Below are positions 29,198 through 39,073 of a stretch of 64,000 nt of DNA, one piece after another. The stretch lies in contig QKHS01000042.1 in the NCBI GenBank assembly GCA_003249955.1, forward strand, positions 7,889 to 71,888, given 5' to 3'. The DNA comes from Bacteroidales bacterium (GTDB lineage Bacteria > Bacteroidota > Bacteroidia > Bacteroidales > ML635J-15). The notes below the pieces were generated by a model. It worked only from the letters and a program-made list of their open reading frames with translations, made no database searches and was not told the origin of the DNA. Both the position numbers and the translations under genes were made by a program. Within the stretch, counting starts at the first letter, position 1; each line of letters opens with the position of its first letter.

Positions 29198-30513
29198 TGG
29201 GACAACACGTATTAGACATATTGGTAATGGCCGGACAATTAGTTCTGGCTCTTACACTTTTGGTTGTTATTCACGAATTGGGCCACTATCTTGCAGCAAG
29301 GCTGTTTGGCATAAGGGTTTCAAAATTCTTTATTTTCTTCGACCCGTGGTTTAAAATATGGAGCAAAAAAATAGGTGAAACCGAATTTGGTTTTGGGTGG
29401 TTGCCGTTTGGAGGATATGTAAAAATTGCCGGGATGATTGATGAATCTCTGGATACCAAGCAACTTAAAGAAGAACCAAAAGAATGGGAATTCAGAAGTA
29501 AACCCGCATGGCAGAGATTAATTGTAATGATTGCTGGAGTTGTAATGAATGTAATTGCAGGGATAGTAATTCTTACAATGATACACCTTGTATTTACAAA
29601 AGATTATCTGCCTGTTGAAAATGTAAAAGAAGGTATTTACGCTTATCCTTACGCCAGGTTTCTGGGATTTGAGAACGGAGATAAAGTTATTGCAATAAAC
29701 GGAAAAGAAACTGCCCGTTATGAAGATGTTTTTTCCACGAAGTTGTTTTTTGCAAAAACTGTAACCGTTGACCGTAACGGAAAAACTATCGAGCTTGAAA
29801 TGACAGACACTCTGTATTCATATCTCAAAAACGGAGGTCAGTTTATAAGCCTGGATAACCATCCGTTTTCCATAGACAGCGTTGTCTCCGACATGCCAAT
29901 TTCAAAAGCCGGACTTAAACCCGGAGCAAAAGTTTTATCAATTGACAACAGTAAAATAACATCTTTTGGTAAAATGCGCGAAATTCTCAGCTTTAACAAA
30001 GGAAAAGAACTTCAGTTTGTTTTTGACAATGCAGGAAGTATCGACACAATTATGTTGCCAATTGACACACTTGGAAAAATCGGAATTTACACATCCTTGC
30101 CTGAATTTGACAGAAAAGCCTACTCGCTTTTTACTGCCCTTAGATATGGATGGGTCGATGCATTTGAAGTTGTTAACTCAAATATAAAAGGATACGGACT
30201 TATATTCAGCGGAAAAGAAAAAGCCAAAGACAATCTTCAGGGGCCTATCGGGATAGCCAAAGTATTCGGTAAAGTCTGGGATTGGTACAAATTTTGGAAA
30301 TTAACCGGGATTATTTCAATGATTTTGGCATTTGTAAACATTCTGCCTATTCCGGCTCTCGACGGAGGACATTCACTCTTCCTTATCATCGAGGTTATCA
30401 CACGCAGGAAGTTGTCGGATAAGTTTATGGAAGTTGTTCAGATTATAGGAATGATTCTGTTGCTGGGATTAATGCTTCTTGTTATTGGAAATGATATTAT
30501 AAATCTGTTTTGA
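29197..30513 (+). CDS. rseP: RIP metalloprotease RseP
   Basis: HELGH zinc motif, GGYVKI, PDZ-like regions, NILPIPALDGG; translationally coupled to dxr (TAATG). Confidence 0.95.
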   Translation: MGQHVLDILVMAGQLVLALTLLVVIHELGHYLAARLFGIRVSKFFIFFDPWFKIWSKKIGETEFGFGWLPFGGYVKIAGMIDESLDTKQLKEEPKEWEFRSKPAWQRLIVMIAGVVMNVIAGIVILTMIHLVFTKDYLPVENVKEGIYAYPYARFLGFENGDKVIAINGKETARYEDVFSTKLFFAKTVTVDRNGKTIELEMTDTLYSYLKNGGQFISLDNHPFSIDSVVSDMPISKAGLKPGAKVLSIDNSKITSFGKMREILSFNKGKELQFVFDNAGSIDTIMLPIDTLGKIGIYTSLPEFDRKAYSLFTALRYGWVDAFEVVNSNIKGYGLIFSGKEKAKDNLQGPIGIAKVFGKVWDWYKFWKLTGIISMILAFVNILPIPALDGGHSLFLIIEVITRRKLSDKFMEVVQIIGMILLLGLMLLVIGNDIINLF

Positions 30514-30571
30514 TAACCGAAACAATATTATATCAGCAATAAACATATAAGTAAATTTTAATTACAGAATT

Positions 30572-31393
30572 ATGAAAAAAACAGCTTCGTTTATTGTTGC
30601 CTCCATTTTATTGATAACCGGCATCTATGCTCAGGATTATCTGGATTTTAACTCCGGAAACAGCAACACGAAAAAAGTGCTTTTGGTTCCTTTCGATCCC
30701 AGAATTTATCTTAACGATGCCACAGCAATCATGGCAGCAAAAGATGGTGATACACACGACGAAATAATGCAATTTTTCAGATATCAGCTAAACCTGCAGC
30801 TTTATAATGCAATGATGGACTCGTGCACTATTATTAGTCTTTTTACCGACAATACACGTCAGGATCAGGATGATATTGATCAATTATACTCAATAATAAG
30901 CTATGAACTGGTTCTGGCGATGAAAAACAATCCTGAGAATCCTGAAGATACAGAAAAGAAAGGATTTATAGCACGTAAACGTGAAGAAAAAGCCGAACAA
31001 CAAAGACGCGAAGAAGCTGCAAATTATAAAACTCATATTGAAAACGGAGAATTGGTTGGTAAAAGACAATCTACCGAAGACATGTATCTTAATATTGTTT
31101 TCCACCAACCCGAAGTTTTGGCAGAAATTGCAAAACGCAGAGACATAAATTATTTCCTTTTTATAAATCATTTCGAAATAAAAGGGAATTACGGAGATCC
31201 TTACTTATCAGGAAATTCAAAAGCCGAAAGAACAATCAAAGTTCATTTCAGTTTATATAACACAAAAGGAGAGCTTATCCACGGGAGTTTCGGGGAAGCA
31301 AAAATTCCTTTTAACCTGGATGATAAACAGGAAATTGCAAATCTTTACTTTCCTGAAATTATCCGGCAGATTATTCATAACATTGATTTTTAA
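30572..31393 (+). CDS. hypothetical exported protein
   Basis: 273-aa ORF with signal peptide (MKKTASFIVASILLITGIYA), in the same orientation as its neighbours; no motif recognised. Confidence 0.8.
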   Translation: MKKTASFIVASILLITGIYAQDYLDFNSGNSNTKKVLLVPFDPRIYLNDATAIMAAKDGDTHDEIMQFFRYQLNLQLYNAMMDSCTIISLFTDNTRQDQDDIDQLYSIISYELVLAMKNNPENPEDTEKKGFIARKREEKAEQQRREEAANYKTHIENGELVGKRQSTEDMYLNIVFHQPEVLAEIAKRRDINYFLFINHFEIKGNYGDPYLSGNSKAERTIKVHFSLYNTKGELIHGSFGEAKIPFNLDDKQEIANLYFPEIIRQIIHNIDF

Positions 31394-31399
31394 TTAAAC

Positions 31400-31987
31400 A
31401 TGACAAACGAATTTGTTTTTGCAACAAACAACACAAATAAACTAAAGGAAGTTTGGGAGATTGCGAGCGGAAAATTTAAGATTATCTGTCCTGCTGATAT
31501 AGGACACGAAGGAGAACTTCCCGAAGAACAAACAACACTGGAAGGAAACGCTCTGCAAAAAGCCAGATTTATTTCCGAAAAGTTTGGGATTAACTGTTTT
31601 GCTGATGACACAGGACTTGAAGTAGAGGCTCTTAACGGAGAACCCGGCGTTTATTCAGCCAGATATGCCGGAGAAGGAAGAAGTGCTAAGGATAATATCA
31701 ACAAACTACTTCTGGAACTTAAAGATTGTCCAAACAGGAATGCAAGATTCAGAACAGTTGTAGCTCTTATTCTGGACGATAAAGAATATTTTTTTGAAGG
31801 AATTGTAGAAGGTAAAATAACCGAGACCTTAAGAGGAGAAAACGGATTCGGATATGACCCGGTTTTCGTTCCCAACAGTTTTGATGAAACCTTCGCAGAA
31901 CTTCCGGCAGAAATAAAAAATAAGATCAGCCACAGAGCAATGGCAATGGAAAAGCTTTTTTATTTTCTGAGACATCATCAGGAATAA
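31400..31987 (+). CDS. rdgB: non-canonical purine NTP pyrophosphatase (HAM1)
   Basis: FATNNTNKLKE, ADDTGL, PGVYSARYAG, GFGYDPVF, KISHR. Confidence 0.96.
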   Translation: MTNEFVFATNNTNKLKEVWEIASGKFKIICPADIGHEGELPEEQTTLEGNALQKARFISEKFGINCFADDTGLEVEALNGEPGVYSARYAGEGRSAKDNINKLLLELKDCPNRNARFRTVVALILDDKEYFFEGIVEGKITETLRGENGFGYDPVFVPNSFDETFAELPAEIKNKISHRAMAMEKLFYFLRHHQE

Positions 31988-32036
31988 AATAAAATAAGCA
32001 TTTTTGAGTTAATTATTATTAGTAAAACAATAAATA

Positions 32037-34400
32037 ATGAACAAGATTAATTTTTTAGGCAGCTTTTTACTGCTGTTGATACTCTCACTCTTTTCATTCG
32101 GACAAGTTGCCGTCGGACAATGGCGAGATCATTTGCCGTATTCTTATGGAGAAAAGGTTGTTGCAGCGGGTAATGATATCTATATGGTTACCAATGTAGG
32201 TTTGTTAAAATATTCAAAAAATTCAGGCGAAACCGAAAAAATGTCAAAAATTAACGGGCTTAGTGATTCCGGAGTAAAAAGTGTTGCTTACCATTCCGGC
32301 CTTAATTATGTAGTTATTGGTTACAGTAACGGGAATATAGACCTGATTAAAGACAACGACATAATAAATATCGGAGATATAAAACGAAAAACAATGAACG
32401 GAGACAAGTCTGTTTACAGCATTTGCTTTTCCGGTAATAATGCATATATCGGATGCGGATTCGGAATTGTTGTTCTGAATCTGGAAAGAAAGGAAATAAG
32501 TGAAACATGGTTTATCGGAAATAACGGAACAAATATTAAAGTAAACGCCCTTGATACAGATGACACATACATATATGCAGCAACAGACGAAGGTGTATTT
32601 CGCGGAGATTTGTCATTATCTTTGGTTGACTTCTCAAAATGGGAAATAATATCAGACAATACAACGCCTTCTTTAAGCTGGATGTCCGGAAAGTCATATA
32701 ATACACTTAAACAAATAAATGGGAAGCTGGTTGTTAATTACCACAATTATGACCAATCAGATGCAGATACTATACTTGTTTTTGACGGAACAGACTGGTC
32801 TGTTTTCGACACATCATTTAACTATACAATGTCTTTATGCGGAAACTCAGAGCAACTAATTCTTTGTGATAAATACTGGATAAAGTTTTTTGATTCAAAT
32901 CTGGTTGAAACAAGACACATATGGCAATACAGCTTTGAATCCGGCGGACAATCTCCGCTTCCTTCCTCTGCAACAATTGCAGACAACAACGAGGTATGGA
33001 TTGCTGACACAAGATTTGGTCTTGTATATAATCCCACATCATGGAAATACAGTTATATTTCTGTAAACGGACCTTCTGATTACTCAGTTTTTGATATGTC
33101 TGCAACAAATTCCGGGTTAATTGCAGTTGCGGGAGGAATGAATCTTTCCTGGAGCCCTCAGTGGAAAAACGCTTTATTCTATAAGTTCTCAGAAAACCAA
33201 TGGAGTAGCTACAATTATAAAAACGTTCCGGAAATGGCCTCGGTAAAAGATCTGGTAAGAACAATTTATGATCCGGCAGATCCCACAAGATATTTTTGTG
33301 GCTCGTGGGTTCAGGGACTCTTAGAATTCAGAAACAATTCCTTGTATAAAATCCATAATACAACTAACAGCACTTTAGCCTATGTTCCTGGAATTGAGTA
33401 CCTTAGAATAGGAGGTATGGCTTTTGATGCTGATGGAAACCTGTGGGTAACCAATTCTCTTACTTCACCACAGTTTCACGTAATGACTCCTGACGGGAAA
33501 TGGACTGCCATTGACTACTCATCTGTTCTCGGATTAATAAATATAGGACATATCATAATTACCAAAGACGATATTAAGTGGGTGATTTTACCGCAAAGTG
33601 TAGGATTATTTGTTTTTGATGACAACAACACTCCCGGAGACAAAAGCGATGACAGGTACAAAAAACTTACGATACTTGATGAAGATGGCGAAAACATAAG
33701 CAACGATGTGTTCTCGATAGCTGAAGATAAAAACGGCTATATCTGGGTTGGCACCAGTAAAGGAGTTGTAGTATATTACAATCCTGAAGATGTTTTTGAA
33801 GCCGGAACTTTAAGAGGAAGACAGGTTAAAATACCACGTAACGACGGAACAGATAATGCAGACATACTCTTAGGTAATGAAATTGTTACTTCTATAAAAG
33901 TTGATGGTGCTGACAAAAAATGGTTCGGAACACAAACAGGGGGAGTATATTATACAAGTTCTGACGGTCTGGAGGAAATCTACCATTTCACAAAAGATAA
34001 ATACCCATTGCTCTCTGATAATATTATCTGCTCCGCAATTATCCCTAATACAGGTGAAGTGTTTTTTGGCACCTCTGCCGGAATAATTTCATACAGAAAT
34101 ACCGCAACAGAAGGCTCTGATGATTACATAGGCGTTTATGCATTCCCGAATCCTGTTCGTCCTGATTACAGAGGCCCTATTACTGTTACAGGTCTTGTCG
34201 CAGGATCATATGTTAAAATAACAGATATTTCGGGAAATATGGTCTTTGAAACACGTTCCGAAGGAGGCCAGGCAATATGGTATGGTGAAGATCTCAATGG
34301 TAACAGGGTAAGTTCAGGAGTATATCTTGTTTTTTCTTCAAATGAGACAGGCTCAAAAACCGACATCACCAAAATTTTGTTTATCAACGGTAAAGAATGA
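32037..34400 (+). CDS. porZ: T9SS component PorZ-like beta-propeller protein
   Basis: GQWRDHLPY start, propeller repeats (DADGNLWV, EDKNGYIWVGTSKG, DGADKKWFGT), C-terminal AFPNPVRP...VKITDISG...SGVYLVF; adjacent to recO. Confidence 0.8.
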   Translation: MNKINFLGSFLLLLILSLFSFGQVAVGQWRDHLPYSYGEKVVAAGNDIYMVTNVGLLKYSKNSGETEKMSKINGLSDSGVKSVAYHSGLNYVVIGYSNGNIDLIKDNDIINIGDIKRKTMNGDKSVYSICFSGNNAYIGCGFGIVVLNLERKEISETWFIGNNGTNIKVNALDTDDTYIYAATDEGVFRGDLSLSLVDFSKWEIISDNTTPSLSWMSGKSYNTLKQINGKLVVNYHNYDQSDADTILVFDGTDWSVFDTSFNYTMSLCGNSEQLILCDKYWIKFFDSNLVETRHIWQYSFESGGQSPLPSSATIADNNEVWIADTRFGLVYNPTSWKYSYISVNGPSDYSVFDMSATNSGLIAVAGGMNLSWSPQWKNALFYKFSENQWSSYNYKNVPEMASVKDLVRTIYDPADPTRYFCGSWVQGLLEFRNNSLYKIHNTTNSTLAYVPGIEYLRIGGMAFDADGNLWVTNSLTSPQFHVMTPDGKWTAIDYSSVLGLINIGHIIITKDDIKWVILPQSVGLFVFDDNNTPGDKSDDRYKKLTILDEDGENISNDVFSIAEDKNGYIWVGTSKGVVVYYNPEDVFEAGTLRGRQVKIPRNDGTDNADILLGNEIVTSIKVDGADKKWFGTQTGGVYYTSSDGLEEIYHFTKDKYPLLSDNIICSAIIPNTGEVFFGTSAGIISYRNTATEGSDDYIGVYAFPNPVRPDYRGPITVTGLVAGSYVKITDISGNMVFETRSEGGQAIWYGEDLNGNRVSSGVYLVFSSNETGSKTDITKILFINGKE

Positions 34401-35122
34401 CAGGAAAGACCGAGGCAATTGTTTTAAGCAAAGTAAAATACGGCGACAATTCATATATCGTTAATTTTTACAGTCTGGAATTCGGACGGTTTGCTGCAAT
34501 TGTCAGGATACCTAAAACGGTAAAAAGCGGAATAAAGCCTTCGCTCTTTTTCCCTCTCAATATAATCGAAACTGAGGTTAAACTAAAAGACGCCCGAAAC
34601 ATACAAACAATTACTTATTGCAACAGGAAGTTCAATCTGAGTAACATTTGCGATGATATTTACAAAACATGCATGGCCCAATTCATTGCAGAAGTACTGA
34701 CAAAGACAATTAAAGAAGAAGAACCTAATCCTCAGATGTACAATTTTATCCGAAATACAGTTTTAGAACTGAACGAATCCGGGCAAAATACATCTGATAA
34801 CCATTTGTTTTTCCTTAAAAATTTTGCAAAAGCTGCCGGATTCGGAATTAGCGGAAACTATTGCAATGAAACACCTTTTTTTAATCTCAGAGAAGGCTTG
34901 TTTATTCCCATGTTTACAAGTGACAGCGAATCATTAGACATGAATGAGAGTAAAATAATGGCTCAGTTTGCAGAAACTTCATTTAACAAACATAATCCAT
35001 TCAGCAATTACAAAACAAGAAAAATGTTAATCGAGAAGATACTGCTTTATTATAAATTTCATATCCCGGGATTCGGAGAAATAAATTCCATGAAAGTTTT
35101 GCACGAAGTATTCAATGATTAG
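34397..35122 (+). CDS. recO: DNA repair protein RecO
   Basis: KTEAIVLSKVKYGDNSYIV OB-fold start, FNLREG, YYKFHIPGFGEINSMKVLHEVF end. Confidence 0.9.
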   Translation: MTGKTEAIVLSKVKYGDNSYIVNFYSLEFGRFAAIVRIPKTVKSGIKPSLFFPLNIIETEVKLKDARNIQTITYCNRKFNLSNICDDIYKTCMAQFIAEVLTKTIKEEEPNPQMYNFIRNTVLELNESGQNTSDNHLFFLKNFAKAAGFGISGNYCNETPFFNLREGLFIPMFTSDSESLDMNESKIMAQFAETSFNKHNPFSNYKTRKMLIEKILLYYKFHIPGFGEINSMKVLHEVFND

Positions 35123-35511
35123 TTAAGGCAAATAGCATCAGTATCAAGTTTTACTCTTTCCCCCGTAATTTCAGATGTAAATATTCCTGACTGCTTTGTT
35201 TTCATTTCTTTAAGATAGTCAAACACATCATATTTATCGTCGGGAGAAAAAACCGGAGCATTTACTAATTTTCTGAACTCTTCGGAAAATCCGGTATTCA
35301 TATTTCTCAAAACAGTATGATAAAAACTATCTTCAGGCTTTTCGACCGCTTTACCTGCCAGTTGGCGAATATTAATATTTACAAAATTTACAAATTCAGC
35401 AAACTGACTAATACTCAACTGCATGTACAAATTCTGAAATTCCAGTACAACATTTCCGTTGCTGTTAACAGTAAGCTGCCCATGGGTAGTATTGTAAACC
35501 AGTTTTTTCAT
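35119..35511 (-). CDS. hypothetical protein
   Basis: 130-aa ATG ORF filling the gap after recO, convergent with a 4-bp overlap; preceded by a sigma-54-like motif. Confidence 0.7.
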   Translation of the reverse strand: MKKLVYNTTHGQLTVNSNGNVVLEFQNLYMQLSISQFAEFVNFVNINIRQLAGKAVEKPEDSFYHTVLRNMNTGFSEEFRKLVNAPVFSPDDKYDVFDYLKEMKTKQSGIFTSEITGERVKLDTDAICLN

Positions 35512-35538
35512 TTCTTTTTCAGAATTTAATCTTACTTA

Positions 35539-35553
35539 TCAATTATAGTACCA
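35539..35553 (-). promoter_or_regulatory. sigma-54-like -24/-12 promoter
   Basis: Minus strand TGGTAC-TATAA-TTGA versus consensus TGGCAC-N5-TTGC, correct spacing, 27 bp upstream of ATG 35511. Confidence 0.4.
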
Positions 35554-35665
35554 CATTTAAGACACCTTTATTACTAAAAACGTGGCATCATAATCGTAAA
35601 ATTTTTGAAAAAAAACTGTGTTTTTCAAATAACATACTGATTAACAGAACCTTATCCCGGAAAGA

Positions 35666-36175
35666 TTATGGCTGAATTCTGCTCAATAAATCCATAATGT
35701 CCTCTTCAAGACTCAATTTCGGAGCTTCAATTATTCTGCAAAGCTCATTTCCTTTATAATAAAAAATAAATGTAGGGACATAATCAACATAAAATTCCTT
35801 AGTATCAATTGCGTCAGTATGCTTATTCCCGTCCAGAGCAAAATACCTCACATAAGTTCCGGCAAAATATTCATTATCCATAATTTTGCAAAATCTCGGA
35901 ACTTCCCGCTGTGAATCACTGCACCATGTCCCTAAAAATACATAAACAGAGTCAAAAGGAATTTTATAATTCGGATTAAACTGCACATCATTTACTTCGT
36001 AAGAAGCGTATTCGGTATCAAACCATTCACTAAATCCCGGTGATCTGAGACCTTCCTGATTACATTCACCTATTAAAATCTCCTGATCTTTAACCTCGTC
36101 ATAACCTGTTTTATTAATCTGAGCACTTAATAATACAGGTGTCATAAACACTAAAAAAATAAATAAACTTTTCAT
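35666..36175 (-). CDS. exported thioredoxin-fold protein (CxxS)
   Basis: Signal peptide, FLGTWCSDS, cis-Pro motif YVPTFIFY, ELCRIIE. Confidence 0.85.
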   Translation of the reverse strand: MKSLFIFLVFMTPVLLSAQINKTGYDEVKDQEILIGECNQEGLRSPGFSEWFDTEYASYEVNDVQFNPNYKIPFDSVYVFLGTWCSDSQREVPRFCKIMDNEYFAGTYVRYFALDGNKHTDAIDTKEFYVDYVPTFIFYYKGNELCRIIEAPKLSLEEDIMDLLSRIQP

Positions 36176-36180
36176 AATTA

Positions 36181-37515
36181 TTATCTGTTAAATTTTAATT
36201 GCATAGACGCAGCATTATCAATAATTTTGCCATTTTCAAATACGATCTTTCCGTTCACAAACGTGCGGTTTACAGAAGTACCGAACTCTGTTCCTTCAAG
36301 CGGCGACCATCCGCATTTTGACAATAAACTGTCTTTGGTCACTTTTGTTTTAATTTCAGGGTTGACCAATACAAGATCTGCATAATAATTTTCACGCACA
36401 AATCCTCTCGAATCTATTTCAAACAACTCTGCAGGGTTATGACACATCCATTTCACGACATCTTCCGCTTCAAAATATCCCTGTGATGCCAATTCAAGCA
36501 TTACCAAAAGAGAATGTTGCACCATCGGGCCACCGGAAGGGGCTTTGGTATATACCTGCATTTTTTCTTCCTCAGTATGCGGAGCATGATCTGTTGCAAC
36601 AACATCTATTCTACCGTCTTTTAAAGCCTGTATCAATGCCAGTCTGTCTGATTCTTTTTTTACGGCAGGATTCCACTTAAGTTTATTTCCCAGTTTTTCA
36701 TAATACGAATCGTTAAACCAGAGATGGTGTACACAAACCTCAGCAGTAATTTTTTTACCGGATAAAGCAGCATTTGAAAAAAGAGCAGTTTCTTCAGCCG
36801 TACTCAGATGAAACACATGTAATTTTCCACCGGTTTTTTTTGCAATCTCTACAGCAGACGATGACGATGCAAAACACGCCTCTGCCGATCTGATTTCCGG
36901 ATGACATGATGCCGGAATATCCTCCCCGTAAATTTCTTTACAGTTTTTTAAGTTTTTACTTATAATCCCGTCATCCTCACAATGTGCCGCTGCAATAACA
37001 GGGGATTCTGACAGAATTTTTTCTATTACTTCTTTTTTATCAACCAATAAATTTCCTGTAGATGATCCCAGAAACATTTTTACTCCTGCAACAACGGTTT
37101 TATCAAGTGAAACAATCTCATCAATATTGTCATTTGTGGCTCCAAGAAAAAAAGCATAGTTGACCAGTGAGTTTTTTGATGCGATTTCAATTTTCTGATT
37201 CAACAGCTCATTTGTTATTGTTGACGGATTTGTATTGGGCATATCCATAAATGAGGTAACTCCACCTGCAGCGGCAGCACGGGATTCAGAGCAAATATCT
37301 GCCTTATGGGTAAGACCCGGCTCCCGGAAATGTACCTGATCGTCAATAACTCCCGGCAAAAGCCATAGTCCTTCTGCATTTATTACAGTATCTGCAACAG
37401 GTAATGAATCAGATTCCCCGTAAATTGCAGAAATAAATTTATCTTTAATTAATAAACTTTGAACAGTTCTCTTTCCTTCATTTATTACGAGCGCATTTTT
37501 AATCAGAATACTCAT
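36181..37515 (-). CDS. pyrC: dihydroorotase
   Basis: PGVIDDQVHFREPG, DMPNTNP, LKWNPAVK, ATDHAPH, KCGWSP. Confidence 0.93.
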   Translation of the reverse strand: MSILIKNALVINEGKRTVQSLLIKDKFISAIYGESDSLPVADTVINAEGLWLLPGVIDDQVHFREPGLTHKADICSESRAAAAGGVTSFMDMPNTNPSTITNELLNQKIEIASKNSLVNYAFFLGATNDNIDEIVSLDKTVVAGVKMFLGSSTGNLLVDKKEVIEKILSESPVIAAAHCEDDGIISKNLKNCKEIYGEDIPASCHPEIRSAEACFASSSSAVEIAKKTGGKLHVFHLSTAEETALFSNAALSGKKITAEVCVHHLWFNDSYYEKLGNKLKWNPAVKKESDRLALIQALKDGRIDVVATDHAPHTEEEKMQVYTKAPSGGPMVQHSLLVMLELASQGYFEAEDVVKWMCHNPAELFEIDSRGFVRENYYADLVLVNPEIKTKVTKDSLLSKCGWSPLEGTEFGTSVNRTFVNGKIVFENGKIIDNAASMQLKFNR

Positions 37516-37618
37516 CTTTTATTAAATTAAATATACACGAAACTAATCAAAATTTGCCAAACTCAAAATTGATTTGCTCAATATTCCTATTAAAATTACT
37601 TTTGTGCAAATTTTAAAA

Positions 37619-39070
37619 ATGCTTTTCAACTCAATTGATTTTGCGATTTTTCTGCCAATAGTATTTATCCTGTATTGGTTTGTGTGCTTTAAAAATCTGA
37701 AGCTGCAGAATCTGCTTATTGTTGTTGCAAGCTATGTATTTTACGGATGGTGGGATGTGCGTTTTCTTTCACTCGTTTTTTTCAGTACAATTGTTGATTA
37801 TCTTGTAGGAATTGGTCTGGCTTCAGGAACTTCAGACAAAAACAGAAAGCTGTTGCTTATTTTAAGTTTAAGTGTTAATCTGGGCCTTCTCGGATTTTTC
37901 AAATACTATAACTTCTTTGCAGAAAATTTTGCAGCAGCTTTTACTCTTTTCGGAAAACCTGTGAGTGTAAGCAGCCTTAAAATTGTTTTACCTGTAGGAA
38001 TAAGCTTTTACACTTTTCAGACGCTCAGTTATTCAATTGATGTGTACAGGAGAAAACTTGAACCTACAAAAGACTTAATCTCATTTGCAGCATTTGTAAG
38101 CTTTTTCCCGCAACTGGTTGCCGGGCCTATAGAAAGAGCGTCCAACCTTTTACCCCAGTTTTATAAAAAACGACATTTCAGCTATCCTGTTGCTGTTGAC
38201 GGATTAAGGCAGATATTATGGGGATTCTTTAAAAAAGTAGTAATTGCCGATAATTGTGCGGAATATGCAAACATGATTTTTAACAATTCTGACAACATGC
38301 CGGGCAGTACACTAATGCTGGGGGCAGTGTTTTTTGCTTTCCAGATTTACGGAGACTTTTCAGGATACTCTGACATTGCAATAGGAACGGCAAAGCTATT
38401 CGGATTTGATCTGATGCAAAACTTTGCATTCCCCTATTTTTCAAGAGACATTGCAGAATTCTGGCGGCGCTGGCACATCTCGCTGTCCACATGGTTCAGA
38501 GACTATCTATATTTTCCGTTGGGCGGAAGCCGGGGACCCACGCTTCAGGTAGTCCGCAATACATTTATTGTCTTTGTCGTAAGCGGGTTCTGGCATGGTG
38601 CAAACTGGACATTTATCGCCTGGGGTCTATTAAACGCAATATACTTTATTCCTCTTTTGCTTACAAAAAATAACAGAAAGAATATTGACATAATTGGTAA
38701 AGACCGACGATTTCCGCCATTAAAAGAATTCGCCGGCATGATTTTTACATTTATCATCACGTGCCTGGCATGGATATTTTTCAGAGCCGAAAATATTAAA
38801 CAAGCATTTGCTGTCTTTAAAAAGATTTTTTCAAAATCATTATTCACAGCACCGGAATTTGACGAACCTAAAAAAGCATTTGTCATTCTGTTGATTATTT
38901 TATTTTTCATAATTACAGAATGGTTGGGACGAAGAAATAAATACGCAATTGAATTTACAGCATTTAAGCAAAAAAAAGTTATAAGATGGGGCTTATATAT
39001 TTTTATAATATTCCTTATCGGTATGTTTATGCAAACAGAGGAAACACCTTTTATTTACTTTCAATTCTGA
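37619..39070 (+). CDS. MBOAT family O-acyltransferase (AlgI/DltB/PatA-like)
   Basis: PVGISFYTFQ, FPQLVAGPIER, EFWRRWHISLS, catalytic SGFWHGA, C-terminal FIYFQF; TACTTTTG box 37597-37604 supports ATG 37619. Confidence 0.95.
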   Translation: MLFNSIDFAIFLPIVFILYWFVCFKNLKLQNLLIVVASYVFYGWWDVRFLSLVFFSTIVDYLVGIGLASGTSDKNRKLLLILSLSVNLGLLGFFKYYNFFAENFAAAFTLFGKPVSVSSLKIVLPVGISFYTFQTLSYSIDVYRRKLEPTKDLISFAAFVSFFPQLVAGPIERASNLLPQFYKKRHFSYPVAVDGLRQILWGFFKKVVIADNCAEYANMIFNNSDNMPGSTLMLGAVFFAFQIYGDFSGYSDIAIGTAKLFGFDLMQNFAFPYFSRDIAEFWRRWHISLSTWFRDYLYFPLGGSRGPTLQVVRNTFIVFVVSGFWHGANWTFIAWGLLNAIYFIPLLLTKNNRKNIDIIGKDRRFPPLKEFAGMIFTFIITCLAWIFFRAENIKQAFAVFKKIFSKSLFTAPEFDEPKKAFVILLIILFFIITEWLGRRNKYAIEFTAFKQKKVIRWGLYIFIIFLIGMFMQTEETPFIYFQF

Positions 39071-39073
39071 TTT

